A stretch of DNA of 64,000 nt, from positions 1-64,000 of IMG/VR virus record IMGVR_UViG_3300035070_002905. One strand, given 5' to 3'. Positions 28,261-37,883 of this stretch are shown one piece after another (position 1 is the first letter of the stretch; each line of letters begins with the position of its first letter). Below the pieces are notes generated by a model that worked only from the letters and a program-made list of their open reading frames with translations, did no database searches and was not told the origin of the DNA. The stretch is from a virus. The translations under genes were made by a program, and so were the position numbers.

Positions 28261-28505
28261 AGCCTCATGTTGAAGTTGCTAAGGGATATCTATTTTACTT
28301 CTCGGAAGATGCAGTATGCAGTCCAGATACTCCCTTGGAAAACAGTCACTTGCACTGGATGCTCTTAGAGATTATCGGTACTGAGATGTCCGATACTAAG
28401 GCTAATTGCTGGCTCGGTTTCGTTCAGGGTATCATGACGTCTAAGGGTTATCTCGACGTTCAGGATGAGCGTAACCGCACTCGTGAAATCTTCAAGGGGG
28501 CCTGA
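28257..28505 (+). CDS. phage hypothetical protein
   Basis: HLHWML...KANCWLGFVQG. Confidence 0.65.
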   Translation: MKPHVEVAKGYLFYFSEDAVCSPDTPLENSHLHWMLLEIIGTEMSDTKANCWLGFVQGIMTSKGYLDVQDERNRTREIFKGA

Positions 28506-28705
28506 TGTCTACTGAAGCACCTATAGATCGAGTGGCCGCCCGAAGGAAGCGTATAGCCGAGCGTTCGGTTGATCTACTTAACGGCGCCGAGGTTAGTCCC
28601 TCGGATCGATGCCTGTACTGTATGAACTACGGGAATTATATAGTTAACACTGATGTGCGATACTGTCGCGAACATATGGAGAAGCGTCATGAAACAAATA
28701 GTTAA
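28505..28705 (+). CDS. small hypothetical protein
   Basis: CLYC...CREH; TGATG coupling. Confidence 0.5.
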   Translation: MSTEAPIDRVAARRKRIAERSVDLLNGAEVSPSDRCLYCMNYGNYIVNTDVRYCREHMEKRHETNS

Positions 28706-29729
28706 GCATTATGCAGGGAGCCTGGCATATGGAACGAACCTTCCGACAAGTGATGTGGACTTTCGAGGGATCTACTGTGATCCCCCGCAGGGTATCATTA
28801 CGCCCTGGACCAAGCCTCGTACAGAGGTCTGGAAGGATAAGTCCGAAGAAGATACGGAGTTCTACGAGCTCCACAAGTACATGGGCGGATATATCGACGG
28901 GTCACCGAATATCCTAGAGACTCTCTGGGTTGATCGAGAGGACATCGTCCAGTCTCTTCCTGTGTACGACTACCTACGTGCGCACGCCCCCGATCTGCTC
29001 AGCCGTAAACTCCGCTACACCTTCGGCGGATATGCCCTAGGTCAGATGAAGCGAATCAAAGGCCATAACAAGTGGATTAACAATCCTCAGGAAGAGGCTC
29101 CACCGGTTCGTGCCGATTACTTCAAGTTGATCCAGAACTTCCTCCCGCAGCAGATCTTCGCTAAAGACTTCAGCATCCGTGAGTGTAACGGGCACCATAT
29201 CCTAGTGCCTTACGGTAATGATATCTACGGCGTAGTAGCCTGCCACGGCGGACGCGTCCTGAACGACGACGGTTCTATCCACAAGCTGGACTATAAGAAT
29301 CTCCCGGACGAGATGAAGAAGAAACATCCACAGTTCATCGTTAAGCTGAACGAAGATGTCTTCCAGCACGATCTGGCCAACCATAAGAACTACTGGAAAT
29401 GGAAGAGAGAGCGTAATGAATCACGATCAGACCTCGAAGAGAAACACGGGTACGACACCAAACACGCCATGCACATCGTACGACTTCTTAGAATGGGTGA
29501 GGAAGTTCTTCGGGATGGAGTGGTTAACGTCAAACGACCGGACGCCGCCGAACTACTAGCCATTCGTAATGGCGCTTGGACGTACGAGGAGTTACTCGAA
29601 TGGTCTGAGCATCAGGATAACGAGCTGAATAAGCTTATGCTTACCAGCCCACTCCCCGCTAAGCCTGACTACGAGTTGGCTAAGCGAGTACTAATCAAGG
29701 CAGAGGAGATGTGCCATGAAATTTCTTAG
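28689..29729 (+). CDS. Pol-beta superfamily nucleotidyltransferase (RlaP-like)
   Basis: GSLAYGTNLPTSDVDFRGIY, PNILETL, YDTKHAMHIVRLL, LLAIRNG. Confidence 0.8.
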   Translation: MKQIVKHYAGSLAYGTNLPTSDVDFRGIYCDPPQGIITPWTKPRTEVWKDKSEEDTEFYELHKYMGGYIDGSPNILETLWVDREDIVQSLPVYDYLRAHAPDLLSRKLRYTFGGYALGQMKRIKGHNKWINNPQEEAPPVRADYFKLIQNFLPQQIFAKDFSIRECNGHHILVPYGNDIYGVVACHGGRVLNDDGSIHKLDYKNLPDEMKKKHPQFIVKLNEDVFQHDLANHKNYWKWKRERNESRSDLEEKHGYDTKHAMHIVRLLRMGEEVLRDGVVNVKRPDAAELLAIRNGAWTYEELLEWSEHQDNELNKLMLTSPLPAKPDYELAKRVLIKAEEMCHEIS

Positions 29730-29823
29730 ATTTGATACTGACACCGAGCGCTGCGAAGTATGCGGCCGTATGTACGATCCACTAGGCTACTGCTGTAAGA
29801 AGCTATGCCTAAGGGGGTTATAG

Positions 29824-30198
29824 ATGTGGACGATCGAGATAGATTATACTACCGGTAACTCCTTCGGGAGTGAACGTGGTACCGAGGAGATCGGCTGCGT
29901 GTTCGAGCATCTGGATGACGCCAAGACGGCTCTAGGCTACATCAAGGAGCATTACGCGGCTGTACAAGCGGAAGAGTGTAGTACTAACTACTACCACCGC
30001 AGTCGAGGACTTAAATTTGATATCGAAGCGTTCAAGTCCCGCCCATGGTATTCTAAAGACTATTGGACAGGATCTCTATTCGTCCCGATCGGTACTGAAG
30101 AGCAGAAGATCTCTGCCTTCTGGACGGGTTACTTTGAGACCCTCCACGGAGCTAAGATTAGAGCTATTGGAGATTCAGATATGGAGTTCACTTTATGA
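29824..30198 (+). CDS. phage hypothetical protein
   Basis: YTTGNSF...FWTGYFETL. Confidence 0.65.
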   Translation: MWTIEIDYTTGNSFGSERGTEEIGCVFEHLDDAKTALGYIKEHYAAVQAEECSTNYYHRSRGLKFDIEAFKSRPWYSKDYWTGSLFVPIGTEEQKISAFWTGYFETLHGAKIRAIGDSDMEFTL

Positions 30199-30482
30199 TA
30201 ATCCAAATGCCGCAACAGGCTCCTGAGCCGATATTCGATCAGGATGGTAATGAACTGCCGCCGAATATCGCCGAGCAGGAGTTCGTGGAATGGCTGCGAG
30301 GTAAGTTGGATGAATTCATCCCGCACCTCAAAGCTGTCTGCGAGGAAAAGAAGTTATACTTCAAGGAGTTAGGATTCGATCAGATGCAGAATGGTCCAGT
30401 CTTTCAAGTTGAAGATGAAGAGTACGTGATCTACAAAGATGGGTTCACGGTTGGTTGGCGTTATGTAGGGAAAGTAGCATGA
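30195..30482 (+). CDS. hypothetical protein
   Basis: ATGA coupling; GGAG RBS. Confidence 0.6.
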   Translation: MIIQMPQQAPEPIFDQDGNELPPNIAEQEFVEWLRGKLDEFIPHLKAVCEEKKLYFKELGFDQMQNGPVFQVEDEEYVIYKDGFTVGWRYVGKVA

Positions 30483-31291
30483 AACAGCAAATTTTAGCAG
30501 AAATGAAAGTTAAACCAGAGATCCACGTAGACGAAGAAGTACGTAAGCGCGTGGATTTCCTTAAGTACAATCTAACCGAGACGGGTATGAGAACGTTGGT
30601 ACTGGGTATTAGCGGCGGCGTAGACTCCACGGTCTGCGGCAAGTTATGTCAGATGGCCGTCAACGAGCTCGGCAGCGACTACCGCTTCATTGCAGTACGT
30701 CTGCCACACGGCGTCCAGGCCGATGAAGATGATGCTCAGGATGCTCTGAAGTTCATCAACCCGAGCAAGGTCGTTACCATTGACGTCGAGCCTGGTACTT
30801 CAGGTATTCACTTCGCTACCATGAGCGCTCTATGGGCTGCCGGCGAGGAGGGTGTTACTAAGAAGAACATCGACTTCGTTAAGGGTAATGTAAAGGCCCG
30901 CATGCGCATGATCGCCCAGTACGAGATCGCCGGTCTAACCAACGGGCTTGTAGTAGGTACCGATCATTCAGCTGAAGCGGTAGTAGGCTTCTATACCAAG
31001 CACGGCGATGGTGCCTGCGATCTGGCTCCGCTGTTCGGTCTGAATAAGCGTCAGGTTCGTTCGCTGGGCGAGTATCTAGGTGCTCCCGACTACCTATTCA
31101 ATAAGGAGGCTACCGCAGATCTTGAAGAAGATAAAGAGCAGCTTCCCGATGAACAGGCCCTCGGTCTGGACTACGACGAGATCGATGACTTCCTAGAGGG
31201 TCGCGAGGTCTCCGACTCGGCTGACGATACGATCGTCGGCTGGTATCTAACGACGCAGCATAAGCGTCATCCTGCACGAACTCCGGAGTAG
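30479..31291 (+). CDS. nadE: NH3-dependent NAD+ synthetase
   Basis: [47 protein letters not shown]. Confidence 0.95.
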   Translation: MKQQILAEMKVKPEIHVDEEVRKRVDFLKYNLTETGMRTLVLGISGGVDSTVCGKLCQMAVNELGSDYRFIAVRLPHGVQADEDDAQDALKFINPSKVVTIDVEPGTSGIHFATMSALWAAGEEGVTKKNIDFVKGNVKARMRMIAQYEIAGLTNGLVVGTDHSAEAVVGFYTKHGDGACDLAPLFGLNKRQVRSLGEYLGAPDYLFNKEATADLEEDKEQLPDEQALGLDYDEIDDFLEGREVSDSADDTIVGWYLTTQHKRHPARTPE

Positions 31292-31294
31292 ACT

Positions 31295-31927
31295 ATGTAC
31301 AAGAAGTACCCACGTACCTTACACCATCCGATGTCACTATCGGTATCTTCAGATGATAAGATAATCTCGAGCCTAGACGATATGATCGGTCGTGAGTGCT
31401 TCGCCTCTATTAAGATGGACGGTGAGTGTACTACGATCTATCCTAATGCGTACACGCATGCACGCTCTACGGACTCTAAGTACCATCCAAGCCGTACCCA
31501 CCTGCAGTCCTTCGCGGCGAGTATCGCGTACAAGATCCCCGAGGGCCTTCGGGTCTGCGGGGAGAACTGTTATGCCCAGCACAGCCTAGCGTACACCGAC
31601 CTCCGAGATTACTTCCTCGGGTTCAGCGTATGGGACGACGAGAAGGCGCTCTCGCTGGACGATACCCTAGAGCTCTTCGAAGAGCTTGGGGTTACTCCGG
31701 TAGAGATTGTCTGGCGCGGCATACTGACACAAGAGATCATCGACGAGCTATGGGCCGGCGTAGATCCTGAAGTAACTGAAGGCCTGGTCTTCCGCGTAGT
31801 CGACGAGGTTCCTTACGAGGACTTCGGCCGACTGGCGTTTAAGATCGTCCGTGATAACCACGTTCAGACTAATAAACATTGGTCTCACCAAGAGGTAGTA
31901 CCTAATGAACTTGCGAAATCTCGATGA
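31295..31927 (+). CDS. ATP-dependent RNA ligase-domain protein (Rnl2-like adenylation domain)
   Basis: KYPRTLH, KMDGE, GEN, EGLVFR, K.VR.NHVQT. Confidence 0.8.
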   Translation: MYKKYPRTLHHPMSLSVSSDDKIISSLDDMIGRECFASIKMDGECTTIYPNAYTHARSTDSKYHPSRTHLQSFAASIAYKIPEGLRVCGENCYAQHSLAYTDLRDYFLGFSVWDDEKALSLDDTLELFEELGVTPVEIVWRGILTQEIIDELWAGVDPEVTEGLVFRVVDEVPYEDFGRLAFKIVRDNHVQTNKHWSHQEVVPNELAKSR

Positions 31928-33020
31928 AGTAATTGAGAAGTACCTGCTGCGATATCCACTGCTAAGACGTATGGAGTACACCGAGCAGGATCCAGTATTC
32001 CACGCCGAGGGTAACGTTAAGATCCACACGCAGATGGTTCTAGACGAAGCCTGGAAGATCATCGACTCCGGCATCCTGACTGACCGAGAGGAGAAGCTAC
32101 TGATCTTCTCTGCGATCTTCCACGATTACGCTAAGTCTATCACTACGACTACCGATGTACGCGGCGGTCGTGAATGCGTAGTATCCCCCGGTCATGAGGA
32201 TGTAGGCGCCGCGCATATTCTACTGCTCCAGGCTCCCGATGAGCTTACTCCCGATGAATGGGTCGACGTAGCCCGTCTGGTTAAGTACCATCAGATGTGC
32301 AAGAAGGCCGTCCGTAAGGAATTTACTCGCGGTCAGTACCTGGAGCTGCAGCGTAATGTAGGCGATATGCACCTGCTGTATCTACTGGAGGTCTGTGATT
32401 TCCGCGGGCGTGACTGTGTGGATATCGAGGAGCAGTTCATGTACCTAGAAGAGTTCTGGGCTCAGTGCTCTGCGTTAGACCTTACTCGTCCGGATGGACT
32501 TACTCCTAAGCAGTATGCCCTAGGATGTACGGCTATGGCTGAAGGTAGAATCTACGACTTGGCCGAGGTGACCAGCCTGCCATTTAACTACGAGGATCGT
32601 CCTGAGGTTACAATCATGTGCGGTCTTCCGGGTTCAGGTAAGAGTACCTACGCAAGTAGCTTCACGGGCACTGTAATCAGCCTAGACGAGATTCGACGAG
32701 CTAACCCTAAGATGGGTAACGATGAAGTCCGTCGCACGGCTATGGACCTCCTGCGAGCTTCTCTGCGTAACAATGAGGAGATCCTCTGGGATGCTACCTG
32801 CTATCGTAAGGACTTCCGACTTAAGGTCCGCGACCTGGCCTGGCAGTACGGAGCGTTCGTACGGATAGTCGTCGTGACTACCGATCTATTCACCTGTATT
32901 ACTAACGATGGGAATCGTCAGGAACCGGTAGGAGCAGAGGTGATCAGCAATCAATATGATCGCTTCCAGATGCCTAGTCAGGACGAGGCAGACGAGCTGA
33001 TTTTCTTCAATAATCAGTAG
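31905..33020 (+). CDS. HD phosphohydrolase fused to P-loop polynucleotide kinase
   Basis: HAEGNVKIHT, FHDYAK; GLPGSGKST, SLDEIR, WDAT. Confidence 0.85.
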   Translation: MNLRNLDEVIEKYLLRYPLLRRMEYTEQDPVFHAEGNVKIHTQMVLDEAWKIIDSGILTDREEKLLIFSAIFHDYAKSITTTTDVRGGRECVVSPGHEDVGAAHILLLQAPDELTPDEWVDVARLVKYHQMCKKAVRKEFTRGQYLELQRNVGDMHLLYLLEVCDFRGRDCVDIEEQFMYLEEFWAQCSALDLTRPDGLTPKQYALGCTAMAEGRIYDLAEVTSLPFNYEDRPEVTIMCGLPGSGKSTYASSFTGTVISLDEIRRANPKMGNDEVRRTAMDLLRASLRNNEEILWDATCYRKDFRLKVRDLAWQYGAFVRIVVVTTDLFTCITNDGNRQEPVGAEVISNQYDRFQMPSQDEADELIFFNNQ

Positions 33021-33025
33021 ATTCC

Positions 33026-33047
33026 TGTTATAAATAATATGTAAGGA
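33026..33047 (+). promoter_or_regulatory. putative promoter motif A
   Basis: TGTTATAAATAATATGTAAGGA. Confidence 0.7.
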
Positions 33048-33053
33048 GGATTT

Positions 33054-33212
33054 ATGATTATCCTATTGACATTCATTAGAGCTATCATGACCGATAAAAT
33101 CAACACCCGTACCTTAGGTGATGGCGTTATCTTTGGTATCTGGGTTGCAGGTATGGTCGAGATGGTTATGGAATACACATTACTACTTGGAGTAGCTAGC
33201 CAATGTTCGTAA
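33054..33212 (+). CDS. small membrane protein (52 aa)
   Basis: TAAGGAGG RBS; hydrophobic. Confidence 0.55.
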   Translation: MIILLTFIRAIMTDKINTRTLGDGVIFGIWVAGMVEMVMEYTLLLGVASQCS

Positions 33213-34366
33213 TCGAATATCTAAACAAACACTCTGGTACCGTAGAGGCCCTAGAGAAGCTCAAGGATGAGCTTGGAATTAAGTACTCTATCAACGAGAA
33301 CTATCCCGAGCTTGTAGTGCTCAACTACTGTCAGATAGATTCTCCTAAGCACCATCCGATTACGCTTGAGTGCCGCTCGCTGGTACTCGAGATGCCGATC
33401 TACAGCCATGCAGCTCCGGCTAATTGCTGTAAAGATTGGACGGTGATATCCTCGGCGTTCGACCGCTTCTTTAATCTGCAGGAAATTGACTGCGGATATA
33501 ACATGACGGAACTCCACTCGTACGATAAGGTGGACGGCTCTCTATGCTGTCTGTTCAACTATCACGGCGAGTGGCTCTACCGTACCCGCTCGATGATCAT
33601 GCCTACTGAGTCTATCTTCGGACACGACTACAGCTGGGGTTGGTTCATCGAGACTTGTCTGGGTTGGTCTATGGACTCGCTCAAACTCGATACGGATTAC
33701 ACGTATATCTTCGAGGTCTGCGGACCGGAGAATCGTGTGGTAACTCGTTACACTGAACGTAAGGCCTATCTACTGGCTGCTCGACATGGTAAGCTACGGC
33801 ACTACATGGCGGGTCATAAGGTAGATCAAGTTGCCCGTGAGCATGACTGGCCTCGACCTAAGCGATATACCTTCGAGTCTGTCGCCGAGATTACAGCTGC
33901 TGCACTGGCGCTACGAGACCTCGAAGAAGGTTACGTGATGTACGATCGTCACGAAGAGCCAGTCGTCAAGTGTAAGAACCCTGCCTATGTTGCAGCCCAT
34001 CACCTACGCGGTGAAGGTCCTAAGACGCCTAAGCAGATTATCAATCTGATCATTATCGGAGAAACCGATGAATACCTAGGAATCTTCCCTGAAGATAAAC
34101 CTAGTTTCGATCCTTATCTAGACGGCTGGGAAGTCCTCTGGAATGAAGTAGGCTCTCTCTGGCCTGTCGTTAAGGATATCGAAGATCACAGAGAGTTCGC
34201 TATCTCTATCAAAGATGCGGAGTGTAAGCATATCCTATTCGGAATGCGCAAAGGTCTAACTGGTCGAGAAGCATTCGATCGTTTCCTGGATACAGGTAAA
34301 CGTCGTCTGGTCGAGACATATGCGAGGAATTATGGACAAGCAGAAAGTACTAGAACAACTACGTGA
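33203..34366 (+). CDS. T4 Rnl1-like RNA ligase
   Basis: ECRSLVL, FDRFFN, KVDGS, IFE...NRVV, EGYV, KCKN..Y. Confidence 0.88.
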   Translation: MFVIEYLNKHSGTVEALEKLKDELGIKYSINENYPELVVLNYCQIDSPKHHPITLECRSLVLEMPIYSHAAPANCCKDWTVISSAFDRFFNLQEIDCGYNMTELHSYDKVDGSLCCLFNYHGEWLYRTRSMIMPTESIFGHDYSWGWFIETCLGWSMDSLKLDTDYTYIFEVCGPENRVVTRYTERKAYLLAARHGKLRHYMAGHKVDQVAREHDWPRPKRYTFESVAEITAAALALRDLEEGYVMYDRHEEPVVKCKNPAYVAAHHLRGEGPKTPKQIINLIIIGETDEYLGIFPEDKPSFDPYLDGWEVLWNEVGSLWPVVKDIEDHREFAISIKDAECKHILFGMRKGLTGREAFDRFLDTGKRRLVETYARNYGQAESTRTTT

Positions 34367-34469
34367 TGCCATTCAAGATGCCGAGCAATTCGGCCTTGTA
34401 CGCACCGAAGATGGAACTCCGATCACCGGAGTATTGGATGGTCCAGACGGATTCACCCTGGTAGAATAA
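34332..34469 (+). CDS. small hypothetical protein (45 aa)
   Basis: GAGG RBS; MDKQKVLEQL. Confidence 0.5.
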   Translation: MDKQKVLEQLRDAIQDAEQFGLVRTEDGTPITGVLDGPDGFTLVE

Positions 34470-34486
34470 CTAATAAAGGAGACTCT

Positions 34487-34618
34487 ATGTCTACTCAAGC
34501 AGAACGCAAAGCCGCATACCTTCAAGTATTTTGTTCAGCTCCACAGTTGAACCCGGGCAACTCAGGCAAGAACTATAAGCGTTCTTACAACAAGACTAAG
34601 AGCAACCGCTCAGAGTAA
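34487..34618 (+). CDS. small basic protein (43 aa)
   Basis: AAGGAG RBS; followed by GGGCC-TTCG-GGCCC hairpin. Confidence 0.55.
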   Translation: MSTQAERKAAYLQVFCSAPQLNPGNSGKNYKRSYNKTKSNRSE

Positions 34619-34665
34619 TCTACGGGGCCTTCGGGCCCTATCTTAAATTCCTAAGAGGAAATCAA

Positions 34666-36045
34666 ATGCAGATCAATCCATTAAATCACCTTGGTAAAAT
34701 CGCACTAGGTCTATTTACGGCTATAGTAGTATTCACTGGTATGGGTTACAACGATTCAGGTGTATCGACACGTGTGCAACAGCCAATGTTCGGTTACAAC
34801 TGGATTACTGAAGAAGGTTACTACTTCAAGCTTCCGCTAGTCAGCCGTGACCGTTCGTACGACCAGATCATTACGGTTGCCGTAACGACTAACGAAGACA
34901 TCTGTAATACTGCATCTGTGTGTATTGCTCCAGATCGTGCAGGTATTCCGTTCGCAGATACTTACCGCATGCAGTTAGAATACCAGATGCGTTTCCGCAT
35001 TCCGGTAATCGAGTCTGGTCTTGACGAGCAGGGTATCCTTAAGGCTATCGGTCTTGAAGAGATGCACGGCGACGTTAAGAGCCTAGAGAACCTGCGTGGT
35101 AACACTCTACTACCATTCGCACAGACTCTGGTAAGCGATACTGCTAACCAAATGCTTGCGACTAAAGTGGCACAGGGTGGCCAGAACGCATTCCGTACTC
35201 GTCTAGCAGATCAGGCTAGTAATGGTATGCTGGTAACTACCGTACAGAAAGTTCCAGTTACAGCTGAAATTGCAGACACTTCAAGTGATCGTGATGCATC
35301 TACTACTAAGATGGGCCAGCAGTTCATCACCCAGGTAGTTGTACATGAAGATGATAAAGGCCTTGCTCTACGTAATCCTACATCTATCTCTGCGTACGGT
35401 GTGACTCTAGTTCCTAACTCTATTCAGATCATTAAGGCTACGCCGGTTGGTCGTCTAGTAACTTACATCGATAACAAGCAGAAGAACATTGCCCTGCAGA
35501 TCGAGCAAGAGGAAACTCAGAAGCTACAACGTCAGAAGGCTAAGACTGCACAGCTTAAAGGTGCTACTGACTTAGTTACTCGTACTAACCAGTTGAACAT
35601 CGAAAAGGCTGAAGCTGTAATCGCCGCTGAGAAGCGTAACGAAGAGGCTGCACTACAGGCCGAGAAAGAGTTGATCGAAGCTAATAAAGTTAAAGACCTG
35701 GCGGTAGTTGACAAGGCTCGTGAACTTGAAATCTCTACGGCTAACCTTGGTATCCAAGAAGCTAACTACAAGTCTACTAAGTTTGAAGCTCAGGCTATCA
35801 AAGAGAAGGGTCTTGCAGAGGCACAGGTTGCTAAAGCTAAACTTGGTGCGAAGAATGCCAACAAAGAGATCTACCTTGCAGAGCTAGACGTTGAGAAGAC
35901 TCGACTAATGGCTGACGCTCTACCTAAGATGCAGATCACTGGTCCTAGCGTAGTAATGGGCGCAGGTGGTAACGGTACTGGTATGGTACAAGATCTACTA
36001 TCTACAAGCTTAGCTAAAGGTCTTCTAGACCCTAAATCTAAGTAA
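34666..36045 (+). CDS. SPFH/band-7-like membrane protein with C-terminal coiled coil
   Basis: N-terminal TM; EGYYFK beta domain; A/E/K-rich flotillin-like heptads; strongly biased codons. Confidence 0.75.
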   Translation: MQINPLNHLGKIALGLFTAIVVFTGMGYNDSGVSTRVQQPMFGYNWITEEGYYFKLPLVSRDRSYDQIITVAVTTNEDICNTASVCIAPDRAGIPFADTYRMQLEYQMRFRIPVIESGLDEQGILKAIGLEEMHGDVKSLENLRGNTLLPFAQTLVSDTANQMLATKVAQGGQNAFRTRLADQASNGMLVTTVQKVPVTAEIADTSSDRDASTTKMGQQFITQVVVHEDDKGLALRNPTSISAYGVTLVPNSIQIIKATPVGRLVTYIDNKQKNIALQIEQEETQKLQRQKAKTAQLKGATDLVTRTNQLNIEKAEAVIAAEKRNEEAALQAEKELIEANKVKDLAVVDKARELEISTANLGIQEANYKSTKFEAQAIKEKGLAEAQVAKAKLGAKNANKEIYLAELDVEKTRLMADALPKMQITGPSVVMGAGGNGTGMVQDLLSTSLAKGLLDPKSK

Positions 36046-36051
36046 TCTAAC

Positions 36052-36096
36052 AGGGCCTTCGGGCCCTATTTAAGGGTCCTGCGGGACTCTTTTTTA
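36052..36096 (+). terminator. tandem hairpins / terminator
   Basis: AGGGCC-TTCG-GGCCCT, then GGGTCC-TGCG-GGACTC-TTTTTT. Confidence 0.75.
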
Positions 36097-36109
36097 GCTG
36101 GAGAATATC

Positions 36110-36982
36110 ATGAATTTTTCTATTGTAGTACCTGGAAACTGTAACGCTACGTGCTCATTCTGTGACTCACACTATATGAGACGTGCACCTGATAACTATC
36201 TAGAGCTTCTCCGTGAGGCTGTAGAATATGCTACCGTAGAGCTAGGTATGCGCGAGTGCTCTATTACCGGCGGAGAGCCGACGATCAGTCCTATGCTACC
36301 AGAGATCCTTGAGATTGCTCGTGAGAGCTTCGAGAAAGTCGTACTGACTACTAACGGTACTCGTCTGGCATCTAATATGGAGTTGATCTGTGAGAATGTA
36401 GATCACGTTAATCTCAGTCGTCATGCCGTAGGGTTCCATGCTAATACTCAAGTATTCCGTACTACTGCTATTCCGGATGATTCAGTTGTCCCCTGCATGA
36501 TTACCGAGTTGAATAAGGCCGGTATAGACGTTACTCTGAACTGTGTCTACGAGGATGACATGGAGGATTCAATAGAATTCCTTCGATACGCTAATACTCT
36601 AGGCGCCAATCGCGTATGCTTCCGTAATGATCATCGTCTGGGTATGGACGAGACTACTCTGGAACGTCGCTGGGCGGACTGGACGGTCATCGAGACGGGT
36701 GGATGTCCTACCTGCCGAAGTTCTACGATCCTAGCGTTCGGTAAGGAGGTTACATTTAAAGCCTCGGTCGAAGAGCCTAGTCGTACAATCGGTAGTGTAT
36801 ATGAGTTAATCTTCCAGCCGGAAGGAAAGCTTACTACGGACTGGGCGGGAGAGATAGAGTACAGTATAGTAGATGCGTCGGATTGGAACTATATACCGAG
36901 CGCCCTGTTCCATGAAAGCGTAGCTGCAGTTACTCGTTCGGGTGGCTGTGGTCGTGTTGAATATAACTCGAGAGGTTGCTAA
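36110..36982 (+). CDS. radical SAM protein of unknown function
   Basis: CNATCSFC, ITGGEP, LTTNG, NLSRH. Confidence 0.85.
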   Translation: MNFSIVVPGNCNATCSFCDSHYMRRAPDNYLELLREAVEYATVELGMRECSITGGEPTISPMLPEILEIARESFEKVVLTTNGTRLASNMELICENVDHVNLSRHAVGFHANTQVFRTTAIPDDSVVPCMITELNKAGIDVTLNCVYEDDMEDSIEFLRYANTLGANRVCFRNDHRLGMDETTLERRWADWTVIETGGCPTCRSSTILAFGKEVTFKASVEEPSRTIGSVYELIFQPEGKLTTDWAGEIEYSIVDASDWNYIPSALFHESVAAVTRSGGCGRVEYNSRGC

Positions 36983-37293
36983 TGAACACTATTAAAGTAT
37001 TTGGTTTTGAACACGAGGGAATGCCTAAATGTATCCTTCTATGTGAAGAGTATATAGGTGGTAAGCCTGATATAGGTACCTTCCCGATGGAACTTAAAGA
37101 GGTTCTGTCGGCTACCCTAGTGCGCGGCGGTGCGTATCTAGAGACTAAGGGCTTTAAAGAGTTCTTTGAAGAGCTGCTAGAAGAGCGTTCTCTAGGCGAC
37201 GGCTGGTATACAGACGTTAACGACGATCTCGAGCATAAGGTTCGAGCGGCTATCCAGCTATTAATTAGCGCAGTAGGAGCAGACGTATTATGA
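36976..37293 (+). CDS. hypothetical protein
   Basis: Packed ORF. Confidence 0.6.
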   Translation: MLMNTIKVFGFEHEGMPKCILLCEEYIGGKPDIGTFPMELKEVLSATLVRGGAYLETKGFKEFFEELLEERSLGDGWYTDVNDDLEHKVRAAIQLLISAVGADVL

Positions 37294-37883
37294 TTACATT
37301 AACTAAAACTGGCGGAATAATGGTCGGCCATCCTGCAGGTACTCAAATCGTTCCTGCTAATCCGCTTCCCGGCAGAGAGTACGCTATGGATTGCGGCGAG
37401 AAGGTCTTCACCATCCCTTGCGAGAGTAAGGATCCTAGTGATCCGCAGGCGTACGTGTATCTTAAACCTGAGCACTATACAGTGACCAGTCGCTATACCG
37501 AGCAGGTTGAGCGGTGGTCGGACGGCGGTCATTGGATCGAGAAGGACGGAGAGTATATGGATACTTCCGACTGCTTCAATGAGTTACGAGCTCTGGAAAG
37601 CGGCATGCAGCCGTTAATCCCGGTAGTAGCTATCCACGACAGTGACCGATTCAGCGGTTTGTTCTACAGTAAGACTGCGGCACTGGCGTACTTCAATAGA
37701 GTATTCCAGGCGCAAGGTAAGAGCGACCTAGAGTTCCTATCCAGTAGAGATATGGATTCATCTCACGGATGGGCTGGTCAGGCCACCGAGGCTGCCCAAG
37801 TACGATCTACTCGCGTACTGACCGAAGACTCGCTACGAGAAGAAGAGAACATTACGTTAATCGAACAGGGGTTTACAGCATGA
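37290..37883 (+). CDS. hypothetical protein
   Basis: ATGA coupling; AGGAG RBS. Confidence 0.65.
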   Translation: MITLTKTGGIMVGHPAGTQIVPANPLPGREYAMDCGEKVFTIPCESKDPSDPQAYVYLKPEHYTVTSRYTEQVERWSDGGHWIEKDGEYMDTSDCFNELRALESGMQPLIPVVAIHDSDRFSGLFYSKTAALAYFNRVFQAQGKSDLEFLSSRDMDSSHGWAGQATEAAQVRSTRVLTEDSLREEENITLIEQGFTA

